A stretch of 64,000 nucleotides of DNA from the human T2T-CHM13v2.0 reference genome, Homo sapiens: assembly GCF_009914755.1 (NCBI RefSeq), contig NC_060928.1. One strand, written 5' to 3'. Numbering within the stretch: the first letter of the stretch is position 1; each line of letters begins with the position of its first letter. Below, one piece after another: positions 1 through 19,461 of the stretch. Both the position numbers and the translations under genes were made by a program. The notes beneath the pieces were generated by a model, which saw only the letters and a program-made list of their open reading frames with translations, was not told the DNA's origin and did no database searches.

Positions 1-811
1 ATTACCTTAAAAATAAACATGGCTGTATCATCTTAAAAAAATCAAAGCTAGAAGAATAAAATTCACCTCAATCCCCTTCAGTACAAAGGAATAGTCATAC
101 TAACACTCTGGTGTTTCTTGCCAGGTTACTTTCGTGCATATATATTTTAAGGTATTTATTTTCATAGTTAAGTATTTATTTCATAGTTAAGATCGTGGTA
201 AGTATTCTATTTTATTTCGTCACTTTTAGTATTTACCGTTATAATGTAAGTGTCTTTTTCCTTCATACAAATCATGCTTAACACCAATATAAAATTCCAT
301 CATGTACCTCAATCATATTTTATTGCTGTTTACACCTATGTTGAAGTTTATTTTCAATGTTGTCTTATAAATAATGGTGTTTAGAATAAAGATCTGCATT
401 AAAGCTTTTTTCCTATTTTGGATTTTTCCCTTAGGACAGATTCTCAGAAGTGAAATTTGAGGATGAAAGGGCATGAACATTTTTAAGAGTCATCATACAT
501 ATTGTAAAACTGCTTTTGAAAATAGTCATGCGATTTCCTATCACCACCAGCTTAAAATAGTGTCTGCTTCACTATACTCTCACCATTATTGTGTATTGTT
601 ATTCTTTAATCTTTACTGTTGGCAAAAATCATTGACTTAATTCCCATGATTCAGTTTTAATCCTATGAACTTTAATTCTCAGAGATGCCAGTAAGATATT
701 ACAAACCAGTATCACAGATACGCAAAAAATGAACTAAAACATTTTACAAACATTCATAAAAGCAGTTTCAGTCTTTTCATTCATCCTGCTTCATATTGTT
801 GTATTTTAATG

Positions 812-1020
812 CAGGGTTTCACTCTCAGTGACGCTGGCATTTTGGGCTGGATAATTCTTTGTCATGAGGGGCTGTCCTGGGCATTCTTGTATTTCACAGC
901 ATTCTTGGTGTTGACCCAGTGGATGTCAGAAGCTCCCCTAGGTTGTGACAATCAAAAATGTCTCCAGACATTGCCAAATGTCCCCAGGGGGAAAATAGCT
1001 CCTGTCTAAGAATTACCGTT
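812..1020 (-). mobile_element. MER20 (hAT-Charlie)
   Basis: Reverse complement of MER20 core GGGGACATTTGGCAATGTCTGGAGACATTTTTG. Confidence 0.8.
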
Positions 1021-1094
1021 CTAATGAAAACCATATAGCTCTATTAGTTCACATTTCATTCCAATGTTAAAATTTTATTCTTTAGTATCTTGGA

Positions 1095-1905
<811 letters not shown>

Positions 1906-2156
1906 CTGTTGTGTCTTCCACGATTAGCATCCTAACAGGCTTTCTGGGAGCCCCTAAATAGTGCCAGGGAGAGGTGGTTGAGCCTGGTTCTATCTGAGCC
2001 TGTTTCAACATCCACGTTTAAGCAATAGGCAGGCCCACAGTCATAAGGACCAACTTCTGAGAAGGAATATTGCTCCAGGGAAGTCCAGCTAGTTGAAGAA
2101 GGAGCTCAACCAAGGGGCTGGAGGTCAAGAGGGCTGATTCTGGCCCTAAAAACAAG

Positions 2157-2157
<1 letters not shown>

Positions 2158-2213
<56 letters not shown>
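2158..2213. repeat. (CA)28 microsatellite
   Basis: Perfect dinucleotide run. Confidence 0.97.
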
Positions 2214-2217
<4 letters not shown>

Positions 2218-2629
2218 AACCAGGCACGCAAGTTCAGACAGGTAGAGGTGTGGCGGGATGCAAACTCTAGTTCAGGAACCCACGGAATAAGAAAAAAGGA
2301 GAACAGGAAAGATCAGGAAAAAAAAAAAAAAGAACTGGCTGGGCTGCTGAGTGGGCTTCCCTACTGAGTGGCCAGAATCCCAGGGAAGCAGATGAATTCC
2401 AAGCCCACCATGGACAGTAACAGGAGCTCTTGGTATACAATGACTGGCTCTGTTTTCACTAGGCTGTACCAAGCTTGGAAGTCTTCAGTACTAGTACTTT
2501 GGGGGAGCTAAAACAGGTAGGAACTGAGGGACTTAGTGCCAACATACCTTGAGGAAAGTACTTTCATACAAGAGAATGAATGAGGGTTTTGGAATTGGAG
2601 TTTCAAGAGAGATTTTGATCCCGTGTCTG

Positions 2630-2780
2630 ACATGGGTAGATGGGTGAGTAAATGAATAGGGAAATGGGTGGATGGGTAGGACGGGAGATAGGGGGAGGTG
2701 AGGCTGGGCAGAAGGCTGGATGGGAGGAGCAGGCAATGAAAAGAATGAATGGTTGGGTGGGTCAATGAGTGGGTGGGATA
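2630..2780. repeat. Degenerate (GGAT/GAAT/GGGT)n purine-rich simple repeat
   Basis: Strand-asymmetric G/A-rich tetramer repeat. Confidence 0.7.
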
Positions 2781-4014
2781 GCTTACTAGAGGAACAATGA
2801 GTAACTATATAGATGAACAAATAAATAACAGCAACTCTTTTAGTTTTGCTTTGATCACAGAGAGCCATGTTCTTAAGGTGGGAAGGAACCTCCGGAGATC
2901 TCAGCAGGCCACATTCCCTTCTTGCTGCATTTCATGGACCGTGAGGGCAGAAGTGCATCCCAAAATCAGACCACAGGAGGATGCCCAGGACATCACAAGA
3001 GTCTACTGCACAAAATTTGTATATGTCATATATCTTTTAAAAAGACACAAAGATACTTCCTTCAAGTCAGATATGTAAATGAGAACTGCAAATGAACTAT
3101 CAAACCGATACATATGACAGCACTCAGAAATCTAATATCATCGCTGAAAAAGCTTTGACCTGTACCGAATCCAGGATAGCTGCATTTGTTAAAATTAGCA
3201 GAACACCAGAGATTAAAGCAACAGATGTCTTTTCCAATTGGAAAGCAGTTTGATTGACACCCAAGTTTCTCTCTTAACCTCCACTATTTGCCCTTGAAGG
3301 TAGCAGCTACTTCTAACTTGTTTGCAGTGTTTCAATTTGCTTGTACTTTCTTCAGTTAGCAATGTTGCAAGGTCTTTTCAATTTGGTAGCTGGGCTTTTG
3401 ATTCCTCTTTGCCTAAGTTTCCTCTCACATCTATTTGACCCCTGCCCTGACATTTCGTCATCCTCCATCTGCTCCATTGGGGTTCCCTCCTTTGTGCTCC
3501 ACTGCACCCCAAATGGACCTCCATTACCTCACACCCATCAGAATCTATATGTAATTGTTTGTTTATTTACATATTTGTCCTCTAATTTATCGTAAGTCTC
3601 CTCAGGGCAGGGATCATGTCTTATTCTTGACCCAGTACCTAATACATGAAGGATCTCAAAAATGTTTTAGGTATAAAGGAATAAGCTTGAACTTATAAGA
3701 CCAAATTTTATTAAAACAAGGCTTTAGAAACTTCTCTGTATGTATATTTTATTGAACAAAATGTTTTAAATGTGTTTAAATAGAACCCAGCATTATTTTA
3801 AAGATAACCATAAGACAATTTTCCCACACACTTAAATCAGTTCTCCTACTGTCAATAATTTTCACAATCAAGTAATCTAGGGAAAACACTTATTAAGTAC
3901 TAGATTAGGGTGCTGTGAGATTGTTGGTGGTCACTTTCCAGAGGGCTTTAAAAATGGACTAGGGTAAAAGTATGTGGTTCAGTAGCTTTCCCAATGTTTG
4001 CTGAGAGGGCTGTA

Positions 4015-4470
4015 TATGCAAACACAGAAGGAGCCAAGAAACCAAAGAACAAAGCAGGTGAATGCAGTTTGTCCATAGAGGGTGATTTATTGGGGAACTT
4101 AGGGACAGAAGCACAGTCTTAGGTGACCATAAGAGAGGGCGATCTCTGCATTGTGATGTTCCAGGCCTGGGGTTTATATACCACAGGGAAAGGGTATGCG
4201 AGCTTTGGAAGAAATATGTAGGACAATTGAAGTTGACCTCTTAGGAAAGGCAAGAGGACTAGTGTATTATAGCCTAAGGGTAGAATTTATGGTAAGTACA
4301 GTTTACATAACATCAAGGTTGTCTTGGCCTAAGGGCAGGATTTACAGTAAGTATGGCTCCTACACAAGATATAAAAAAATAAAGTAGAATTCTTAGAGGT
4401 GTTACTGGAACTGGGGGTGAACCAGAAGTCAACACAGCAGATTATCGTCTAAAATGGTTACTTTAGCTCC
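4015..4470 (-). mobile_element. LTR-like element (family uncertain)
   Basis: Minus-strand TATA (TTTATATA at about 4172) upstream of AATAAA (TTTATT at about 4086); LTR-sized. Confidence 0.35.
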
Positions 4471-4599
4471 ATACCCAATTATAAAAAATAACCAGCTGAA
4501 AACATGTTAAGGAAGTATATATTCTATTTACAATAGCAGCAAACACACACTCATGCACACATGCATATACACCCGTGCACACATTTAGGAAAAAACTTA

Positions 4600-4989
<390 letters not shown>

Positions 4990-5222
4990 CTAAAGGTCAA
5001 AGAACTGCACACATGCACACACCCACAAACACATAAGCCCCTAGATACATGTGAAACCATTTTCAATAATCACATCATTGTTGGTAGTGTTATTATTGTC
5101 ATTCTGAGACTTTCCCACATATATTATGAAATAAACAAGTAATCAGGGCCTTAGAAACAAAAATGTTTAAAGTGGGAAAAAGGAGATACAGATAGGAAAT
5201 CAATAAAATAAAATTAAATTAA

Positions 5223-5505
<283 letters not shown>

Positions 5506-5616
5506 AAAATTCTTTTATACCTCAATTTGAATAAAAGTATCAATATGAACTCATGATGTAATTTATCTTTAAAAAACAGCTATTTTCTAGGTCTTCATAA
5601 AAAAGCCTAGAAACAA

Positions 5617-6416
5617 AAGAAGACATTCATACAGCCAGCAAACATTGAAAAAAAAGCTCATCATCACTGATCATTAGAGAAATGTAAATCAAAACCACAG
5701 TGAGACACCATCTCAAGCCAGTCAGAATGGTGATTATTAAAAAGTCAGAAACAACAGATGCTGGTGAGGTTGTGGAGAAAAAGGAATGCTTTTACACTGT
5801 TGGTGGGACTGTAAATTAGTTCAACCATTGTGGAAGACAGCGTGGTGATTCCTTAAAGATCTAGAAGCAGAAATACCATTTGACCCAGCAATCCCATTAA
5901 TGGGTATATACCTAAAGGAATATAAGTCATTTTATTATAAAGATATGTACATGCATATGTTCATTGCAGCACTATGCACAATAGCAAAGACATGGAATCA
6001 ACCCAAATGCCCATCAATGATAGATTGGATAAAGAAAATGTGGTACATATACACCACAAAATACTATGCAGCCATAAAAGGGAATGAGATCAAGTCCTTT
6101 GCAGGGACATGGATGGAGCTGGAAGCCGTTATCCTCAGCAAACTAACGCAGGAACAGAAAACCAAACACCACATGTTCTCACTTATAAATGGGAACCGAA
6201 TGATGAAAACACATGGACACATGGGGTAAACAACACACACTGGGGCCTGTTGAGGGGAGTGGAGAAGAGGGAGAACATCAGGAAGAATAGCTAACGAATG
6301 CTGGGCTTAATACCTAGGTGATGGGTTGATCTGTGCAGCAAATCACCATGGCACATGTTTACCTGTGTAACAAACCTGCAAATCCTGCACATGTAGCCTG
6401 GAACTTAAAAGCTGAA
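5617..6416 (+). mobile_element. 5'-truncated L1 (older L1PA/L1PB type): ORF2 C-terminus + 3' UTR
   Basis: Translation [32 protein letters not shown]; L1 3' UTR; TSD AAAAAGCCTRGARACAA at 5600-5616 / 6417-6433. Confidence 0.9.
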
Positions 6417-6433
6417 AAAAAGCCTGGAGACAA

Positions 6434-8105
<1,672 letters not shown>

Positions 8106-9522
8106 TAACAAATGCCTTCTTTCAGAGTACAGAATTTGTATAACTGGAATCACATCAAGAAATTTAGCTGCCAAGAGTTCTGAGAAATATAGTTTCAAGC
8201 TTTCCAGTCTCTGCAGCAGTTTAGAATCAGGCTTGAAATATATGTGAGTGAGATAATCAATAGTGTCTGCTCCCAAATTTATAACTCAAACCCTGACCTC
8301 TCTCTTGAAGGACCATTACAAATATCCAACTGCCTCCTTGAAATCTTGACTTGGATGTCTCCCAGGGTCCCCAAACTCAAAGTGCCAAAAGCAAAACTAA
8401 TACTATATTCTCACCAAACCTGCTCAGCTACTAACTAGCTGTGTGTCCTCAGAGAAGCCTCTAAGGTTCTCTAGTCTCCAGTTTGCGAACTGAGGGAATG
8501 ACTAAATTATCTCTAGCATATTCCTAGCTCAAGGAATATAAAGGACTCAAATTTACCCCTTTTGTCAGTACTAATTTCATTATATATTGTTTTTTACAGC
8601 AAGCCTCCTTAAAGAGAATTAGCCCATAATCTTTTTAGAAGCAGCAATGCTTCATGATAAATCTTAGTATCCGTTTAGCCATCAGTGATCATTTATTCAA
8701 TATTGGCAGAAAGTTCAAATAGCCTATAATTGCTTTCAGTATGGACTCATGCATCCTAGAACCAACCAGCCAAGTAACTAACTGACTGCCTACCTGTAGC
8801 AGCAGCTGTCTGCTGTTGTGAAGACAATTTAGATGGCTGGCTTTTTCAGACACTGGCTTTTGTATCTGTTTTAGAAATGTGACAGGTGTGATTTTTTTCC
8901 AAGGCAAGAGGAAGAGAAGGTTTGACCTCTAGTGCCCATTGAAACATCTACAGAGGGGTAACTTGTCATTTTTATTGCACAAGTGAGGGTGCTCCTACGG
9001 TGAAGAAAAAGAGGTGATAAATAACATTCTTGGAGGCCATTAAATGGCACTTAGCAGGCGAGAGCCTGAATGACAGCTGCACACTGCTCAGGGATCACAA
9101 CAACAATATGTTCCCCCTTCCCACAGCACTCTGCAGTTGCAAAGCACTGGCACATCGATCGTGGTGTTGGACTGCATTTTCTCTCTCTGCTCAGATAGCT
9201 TACCGAATTTAGGGGGTAAAAAAAAAAAACCAAGTAAGCTTAACACAAATGGGAATAAAAGATGATTGGGAAAGGTGAGGAAAGGTGGGCCAGCCTCTTT
9301 TGGCCAGTTCAGAACTTAACCCAGGTATAAAGATAATGTCTGTTAAATCCAGTTTATCTTTTCTCAGAGAGACAGTTTACGTCTGATGTTGGCTTGGCGA
9401 TCCTGTCCTTTGAGATTCTAAAGAAGTGGAACTTGAACTTCCATTAAGTGTAGAGTTAGAAGCCCAGTGCCATACATCTTGCCGGTTCTCAGGGGGCTGG
9501 CTTCTGTTTCTCCCAGTCTCCT

Positions 9523-10157
<635 letters not shown>

Positions 10158-10529
10158 TAAAGCTCATTCAAAAAAGTCTTAGCCATCTTCTGTAGTGTTT
10201 TATACATTCATTTGCTATGTCATTTACTTCCCATATCTACAGGCCAAGGTGGGTACCGGTTTCAATAGTCATCAGATGAGGAATCTCTTAGGTAACTTTC
10301 AGGGGCTGCAAGCAGACTGTGGCAGCCGCTGATGTGATTCATGCTTGGCTGACCGCACACCTGGGCTCTTTTCCCTGCATCATGCTGTGTCCCCTAAACA
10401 TCTCAGCATTTCATGACATACAAATTATCACCTGAGCCTACCCAACAGCCCCATGGAGGACATGGGAGACTAATATAATCATTACTAAGTTAATAAATTC
10501 ATCAATCTTGTAGATTAAGAACTGAAATC

Positions 10530-10965
<436 letters not shown>

Positions 10966-11297
10966 CTAGGACACAGCCTATCCATAAGACATTCTTAGGT
11001 ATCACTAGCTTTGTGTGAATTGTCCTTTTAATTTTCAGAGCACTTAGAATCCTAAAAGATCTCGGGGAAAATGGGAGTCTGATCCCTAAATCCTCCTTGG
11101 AAACTCTGGCTTACCAGTAAAAGCCCCAGGGGGTTGCATAATTGCATAAAAGCCTGTTGCGTTTCTCGGAAGAAATGCCCTTTCTCCAAGGCACTTCGGG
11201 ATTTTCAGTTGAGTCGTGCTGTAGAGAACTGAAGCCTCTTCAAAGTCAATGTCAAAGGTTGCTTCCACCTTGAATGGACAAGGACCTCACCCTAAGT

Positions 11298-11483
11298 CAG
11301 TAGTTCCCAACAGTTGATTTGCACAGTCCCCTCCCCACTAGCCAGGGAGAATTTGGCAATGTCGGAGACATTTTTAGTTGAGGCCAGGGATACTGCTGAA
11401 CAACTTAACAATGCACAGGACAGCTCATGCAGCAAAGAATTATTTGGCCCAAAACGTCAGTAGTGTCCAGGGTGAGAAGCCTG
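11298..11483 (+). mobile_element. MER20 (hAT-Charlie), internally deleted
   Basis: ATTTGGCAATGTCGGAGACATTTT...GAGGCCAGGGATACTGCT...AAAGAATTATTTGGCCCAAAA. Confidence 0.8.
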
Positions 11484-11559
11484 CCCTAAGCCTAAGATAG
11501 AGCCTAGGCTCTGTTCTGCTCCTCAGCTCACTGTCAGCACAAAGGGAGTCCCCTCACAT

Positions 11560-12163
<604 letters not shown>

Positions 12164-15128
12164 ACTTTTTGTTTTGTTTTGTTTTTCAGGCCTCAACCCA
12201 CCTTACCTCTCTGTACTATCTACCACTAGTCAATACTCTCCCTCTCTTAAAAGGCTCTCCTCCTTTGCTTTCTAAAATACCACCTTCTCCTGCATTTCCT
12301 GTTACCTCTCTGAGGGATCTCAGGCGCTCTCTCTTTTATGGGCTAGCAATCCCCAGGGCTCTTCATTTTGTTTTGTTTTGTTTTGTTTTGATATGTCCTT
12401 CTCTTCTCCCTCTGCAAATTCTCTCTGAGAAAGCTGCCAAGAGACCTCTTTCCATAAGAATCTTGGACAGTGTCCTCCATACCGATGAATGGAAGTATCC
12501 AGCACAGAATAAGCTTGTACTAAATATTTACTGAGTGAATGAGTAAATGAACAAATTAACAAAGGATCCCCTATGAGATGATAATTCCTAAACCAGAATC
12601 TCTGATCTAGACATCTTTTTTGAGTTTCAGACTCAGAAAAGATGCTCACAAGAATGCCACGTAACAAACTACCCCTTAAATTCAATGACTTACAATAAGA
12701 CACACATATTCTCCTTTAGGTTAACAGTGGTCGAGCTGATCTAGGCTGGGCATGGCTAAGGGGATCTGCCCTAGCTTCAGATTGTGTGGGCTCGGCTTCA
12801 GGCTGTGAGCTGGATTCAGATCCGGCTTCATTAGGGCCAGGCTACAGAGCAGTGGCCACCAACACACGATATTGTCATGGCAATCACTAAACCACACAAG
12901 TACACTTAAGGCCTCTGCCTGTGTTTGCATCACATTCGATCGACCAAAGCAAGTTGCAAAAAGAAGCCCATTATCAATAGGATGAGGAAGTAATCTCTGC
13001 TCATGGAGTTGGATAGAGCGACAGGAGTGAGTGACTATTTGGTGAACAATAATGCAAGCATCCAAACTAGCACAACTATACATCAAAATGCCTATAAGAC
13101 ACCTCTTTTTTGAATGTCTCACAAGCTGTCTAAACCCTCCAAGTTGTTTGCTAAGAGCTTGGTACTCTGCCAACTCCTTTCTGTAGAGCTGGGTCTTCTC
13201 ATCCATATCCTACCAGCAGGGGATGCTGCTGAATTTGGACAGAACACCTACTTCCAACTGCCAACTGCCCTGACTTTTGAATCACTGCACCTTCCGGATC
13301 TCCTCATTGCCCTGGCCTACACAGCTGAACAGCTCTGCTACTACACACATGTTCCTGACTCACTCCTGTGTTTTCTATGGTTTTTGGACACTGCATCCCT
13401 GGCTGCTGTCAATGGGATGTTCATTTCTTAGTGCCCATTTTGTTCAGTGCTAGTTCTTTCTTTGCCTGTCAACCCCAGCCAGCAAGGTCCGTTCATGCCT
13501 TGTGCTTCAGCTTGCCTAAGTCACAATGAGGAGACTGGATACTGGACAGTCCTTTTGAGCACTGGCCTCCAACACTGAAAATGAGATTCTCTAAATTGGG
13601 TCTTCCCTGGGACAACACCTCATAGGCTCAGCAGTGAGCCACCTCCCATAGAATTGACATTAGAATCCACCAAAGGGGAGAGAGATCAGCAAATGAGCTA
13701 CTGATTAGGTCTGCTTTCCTGGCCTAGCTTTCAGAGGGCACACACACACAAACACACACACACACAGGCACATGCACCTGTACTCAGTTCTAATCTTCTC
13801 CCTCATATTTATTTAGGCTGTTACCAGATAATTTGATAGGCTTCCTTGGGACAAATAGGCCCCGCTCCAGGGGTCTAGGACAGGAATAGTAAGACTGGAC
13901 GGACACACTTTGGCAGCGTGAAGAGGCTTTGCAAGATGAATGTCACCACTGTTGCTGGCTCTTGTCTGCTGTATTAATTTCTCCCTTAAAAGAAAGCTGA
14001 CCCATTTTTTCCAGCCCACAGCCCTAATGGACTCTTATTCAGAGGCCATCCTTCTCCCACATAAAGAGCTGTATTGTATTTAATGATAAGCCTTTTAATG
14101 GAATTTGCTATTTCTAGGTCTCTGGGAAAATGTCATTAATGAGCTAGCAAGTGCAAGGAACAGCAGATGTTTGAGGGGCATGCTTTTTCAAGGGCAGACC
14201 ACCCTGGCAGGAAAGTGAACGAAAACAAGGCACACCTACTTTTTTTTTGTTACTTTTTTGGATCTAGCTTGGCCTTACTAAAAATACCATCTAGACAAAC
14301 GTTGTCTTCAAAATGTGAAGATATCACTTTTCATGCTCTCCACCCGCCCCCAACACCTACCTACATGTTTTTTACTCTGTCATCACCCACAAATATTTCT
14401 GTCATCCTAATTATAACAAAATCAGCAGCATTCAAAACTAGACCAAGACCCATGGGTAAACTAAACAGGCTAACATCTGTCACTCGTTTTCAAATCTGTA
14501 TTGGGTCAATGCCAAGAGACTGAACACACCAAGGAAAACGGAAGAGGGGAGAGATTAATCTTCCTTTTACTGCCTGGAACAATTCAGCTCTGGCCCCAAA
14601 CCTGCATATTTGCTCATTAAAACAGAAGGTTGTGTTTAACCAAAGGTGCTCTCCTTCACAAAGCAGTTTATCGATCACCTCTTTGCACTCCACAAGACCC
14701 CTCCAAATTGCACCTCTAATCTGGAAGGGCTCATCGAAGCACATGCATACATCCCTTAAGGGGGTTCTCATATGTTTTGCATCTCTTGGTATTTCCACTG
14801 GCACCCAGAGAGGCCTCAGTATGCCTTATTGGTAGGAGTTTTGCTGGCACACCCACCCTTTAATCTGTCTCTTACTAGCACCCACTGTTTCCTGGCATTA
14901 ATGGAGGTTCTAAAGATGTAAAAAACATAAGACAAAGTTCTTGTCCTCAAAAGTTTAACAGCGAAAAGTCCAACTCATTTTATTGAATATTGTTGAGAGC
15001 AGGGCAGTATGCTAGAAGCTGTTGGGAGTTCAAAGATGAGAAAAGCAAAGTAAAGATCCTTGATCATCCTAAAGATTTGTTGTAGTCTGCAGCATCACCT
15101 GGGAGCTTGCATTAAAATGCAAATTCTC

Positions 15129-15426
15129 GGCCAGGCGCGGTGGCTCACGCCTGTAATCTCAGCGCTTTGGGAGGCCAAGGCAGGAGGATCACTTGAGTCC
15201 AGGAGATCGAGACCAGGCTGGACAACATAGCAAGAGCTTGTCTCTACAAAAAATAAACAAAATTAGCTGGGTGTGGTTGCACACATCTGTAATCCCAGCT
15301 ACTCAGGAGGCTAAGGTGGGAGGATCACTTGAGCCCAGGAGGTCAAGCCTGCAGTGAGCTATAATCATACCACTGCACTCCTGGGCAACAGAGCAAGACC
15401 CTGTCTCAAAAAAAGAAAAAAAGAAA
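15129..15426 (+). mobile_element. AluJ
   Basis: Full dimer with J-type diagnostics. Confidence 0.9.
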
Positions 15427-16054
15427 GTAATTCTGCCATTGTCCTTGAAACTACGAGTGTTGCTCCCATGGAGTTCTAGTATTTGGATGGTGGGAGGAGA
15501 AAGTGTAATAAATGGCTTTTAAAATGGCAAGCTTTGTAGTTACCGAGTCAGGACCTCAGCACATCTTGTCTATCAGATTGTCTTTTTAATCACTACATAT
15601 TTCTTTTTCTAGGCTGGTCTCTTCAAATCTTCCTAATATTCTTTCATGGGCATTACCTGTAACAAAGGTGAATTCCGCTCACAGGAATCTACCTCAAGGA
15701 AACGTCTAGCAAATAGAATCAAACGAGGGGCCACTACAATATTGATTATAATATTGATTATATTAATATTGATTATAATATATAATGACAAACTGGGATC
15801 AACAAAGGTGGCTCACAATGAGGGATTATCTCAACCTAACTTTCACGATCCCTCGTATTGACAATATTTCACAGTTCTTAGCAGCATATCAAAATTATAA
15901 TCCAGTTTTTGTATAAAAAACAGTAGAAGCTCTTTGGCCAGTCTGCCTTCAACCAACATGTGGATAAACTTTTCACCCTCTCTCTGCTGACACTGCCACC
16001 TGTTTATTCTGGTTGTATTTGTTCTTGAAATTATGTAATTTAACACTGTGGTAA

Positions 16055-17714
16055 TGCGTCCGGAAATGGTGGGTTCTTGGTCTCACTGACTTGAAGAATA
16101 AAGCCACGGACCCTCCTGATGAGTGTTACAGTACTTAAAGGTGGTGTGTCCAGAGTTTGTTCCTTCTGATATTCAGATGTGTTCTGAGTTTCTTCCTTCT
16201 GGAGAGTTCGGGGTCTCCCTGGTTTCAGAAGTGAAGCTGCAGACCTTCGCGGTGGTGAGTGTTACAGCTCTTAAAGCAGCACATCTAGAATTACTCCTTC
16301 CTTCTGTCCGGGGTTATTCATTCCCCCCGGCAGGTTCATGATCTAACTGGCTTCAACAGTGAAGCTGCAGACCTTCCCCGTGAGTGTTACAGCTCATAAA
16401 GGAAGTGCAGGCCCAAAGAGTAAGCCACAGGAAGATTTATTACAAAGAGCAAGATTGGGAAGGTAACCTAACCAGGTTGCCATTGCTGGGTCAGGCAGCC
16501 TGCTTTTATTCCCTTATCTGGCCACACCCACATCCTGCTGATTGGTCCATTTTACAGAGAGCTGATTGGTCTGTTTCACAGAGAGCTGATTGGTCCGTTT
16601 TGACAGGGTGCTGATTGGTGCGTTTACAATCCCTGAGCTAGACACAAAAGTTGTTCAAGTCCTCACTGGATTAGCTACACACAGAGCACTGATTGGTGCA
16701 TTTACAAACCTTGAGCTAGACCACAGGGTGCTGATTGGTGTATTTATAATCCCTTAGCTAGACATAAAGGTTCTCCAAGTCCCCACTAGATAAGCTAGAT
16801 ACAGAGTGCTGATTGGTGCATTTACAAACCTTGAGCTAGACGCAGAATGCTGATTGGTGTATTTACAAACCTTGAGCTAGACACAGAGTGCTGATTGGTG
16901 TATTTACAATCCCTTAGCTAGACATAAAGGTTCTCCAAGTCCCCACCAGATTAGCTAGATACAGAGTGCTGATTGGTGTGTTTACAAACCTTGAGCTAGA
17001 CACAGAGTGCTGATTAGTGTATTTACAATCCCTTCGCTAGACATAAAGATTCTCCAAGTCCCTACTAGACTCAGGAGCCCAGCTGGTTTCACCTAGAGGA
17101 TCCCGCACCGGGGCAGCAGGCGGAGGTGCCTGCCAGTCCCGCGCAGAGCACCCGCACTCCTCAGCCCCTGGGCGGTCAATGGGACCAGGCGCCACAGAGC
17201 AGGGGGCAGCGCTCATTGGGGAGGCTCCGGCCGCACAGGAGCCTATGGTGCAGGGGAGGCTCAGGCATGGTGGGCAGCAGGTCCCGAGCCCTGCCCCGCG
17301 GGGAGGCACCTGAGGCCCAGCGAGAATTCCAGCGCAGCGCCAGCGGGCCAGCACTGCTGGGGGATCTGGTGCACCCTCTGCAGCTGCTGGCCCGGGTGTT
17401 AAGCCCCTCACTGCCTGGGGCCAGCAGCGCCAGCCGGCCCCTCCGAGTGCGGGGCCGCCGAGCCAACGCCCACCCGGAACTCGCGCTGGCCCGCGAGGGC
17501 TGCAGGCAGCCCAGGTTCCCGCCCGTGCCTCTCCCTGCACACCTCGTGGCAAGCAGAGGGAGCCGGCTCCAGCCTGGGCCAGCCCAGAGAGGGGCTCCTG
17601 CAGTGCAGCGGTGGGCTGAAGGGCTCCTCAAGCGTGGCCAGAGTGGGCTCCGAGGCTGACAAAGCCCCGAGCCAGCTAGGGCTGCCAGGGCTGCCAGCAT
17701 GCTGTCACCTCTCA
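16055..17714 (-). mobile_element. Solo LTR12 (ERV9/HERV9 LTR, LTR12C-like)
   Basis: Minus strand starts TGAGAGGTGACAGC and ends CCGGACGCA; perfect 4-bp TSD GTAA (16051-16054 / 17715-17718); tandem CCAAT-containing repeats at 16540-17060; CpG-rich U3. Confidence 0.95.
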
Positions 17715-18253
17715 GTAAGTCAATTATAAATGGACATGAAAAGAAAGTTTTGGTTCCTATGAAAACAGGAAAAACTCAATAAAGGCAAATTGCTAAAGGA
17801 AGAAAACCTGGTATCAAATTACATGTGACAGAGAAGTGAAAAAGACTGGGAAACAAGTTTTAAAGGTTTAGGAGAATTCTGAACTAAATTGTTTTACGTG
17901 TGTTTTAGATTTTCATTCTTCACTTAAGCCAAAATGGGAGAAAGTACAAATGCATTATGGGCATGGTGACGTTACACTTGGATCAGGCTGGAACAGTCTT
18001 TGTTTACATCTGCTGTTTCAGCGCTCTGTCTGGATTAGTGCCCCCTCCCCGCCCCCCACCCCCCGCCAGCCCCCTTTGGGTCTCAGAAGAGTCCCAGTCT
18101 GGATGAGAAATTAAAAGATCACCCTAAATATGGATGTACTTTAAACAAGACTAATAAGGTAGGGTGCCAATCAACAAGCCATTCCCAAAGAACTGAAACT
18201 GAGTCTTCAATTAAAAGATTAGTGATCCAGTGTTTATTTGCATGCTTTAATTT

Positions 18254-18962
<709 letters not shown>

Positions 18963-19140
18963 TAGTTTTTTTCTTTTATGGTTTTCAGTTTTCAATTATC
19001 CAAAATGTCCAAATGACGTCGAATAAGAGGATCTCTATTATTATATTTGTTCACATTTTTCCTACTTTTCTTGCCTATGAGGTCCACAAGATAAGGGATT
19101 TTATCTGATACATAACAGGTGCTCAGTAAATCAGTAAATG

Positions 19141-19461
<321 letters not shown>

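Noticed and set aside
12721-13431. 161-aa and 105-aa ORFs in FAM184B intron 1
   Set aside because: No recognisable homology; they overlap MaLR/L2-like degenerate sequence and have no clear splice structure
16540-17060. Regularly spaced direct repeats superficially like a CRISPR array
   Set aside because: The intervening segments are themselves repeated; this is the known LTR12 enhancer array in eukaryotic DNA, with no cas genes
17037-17700. Overlapping 170-177 aa ORFs on both strands
   Set aside because: GC-rich LTR12 U3 region; stop-poor by composition
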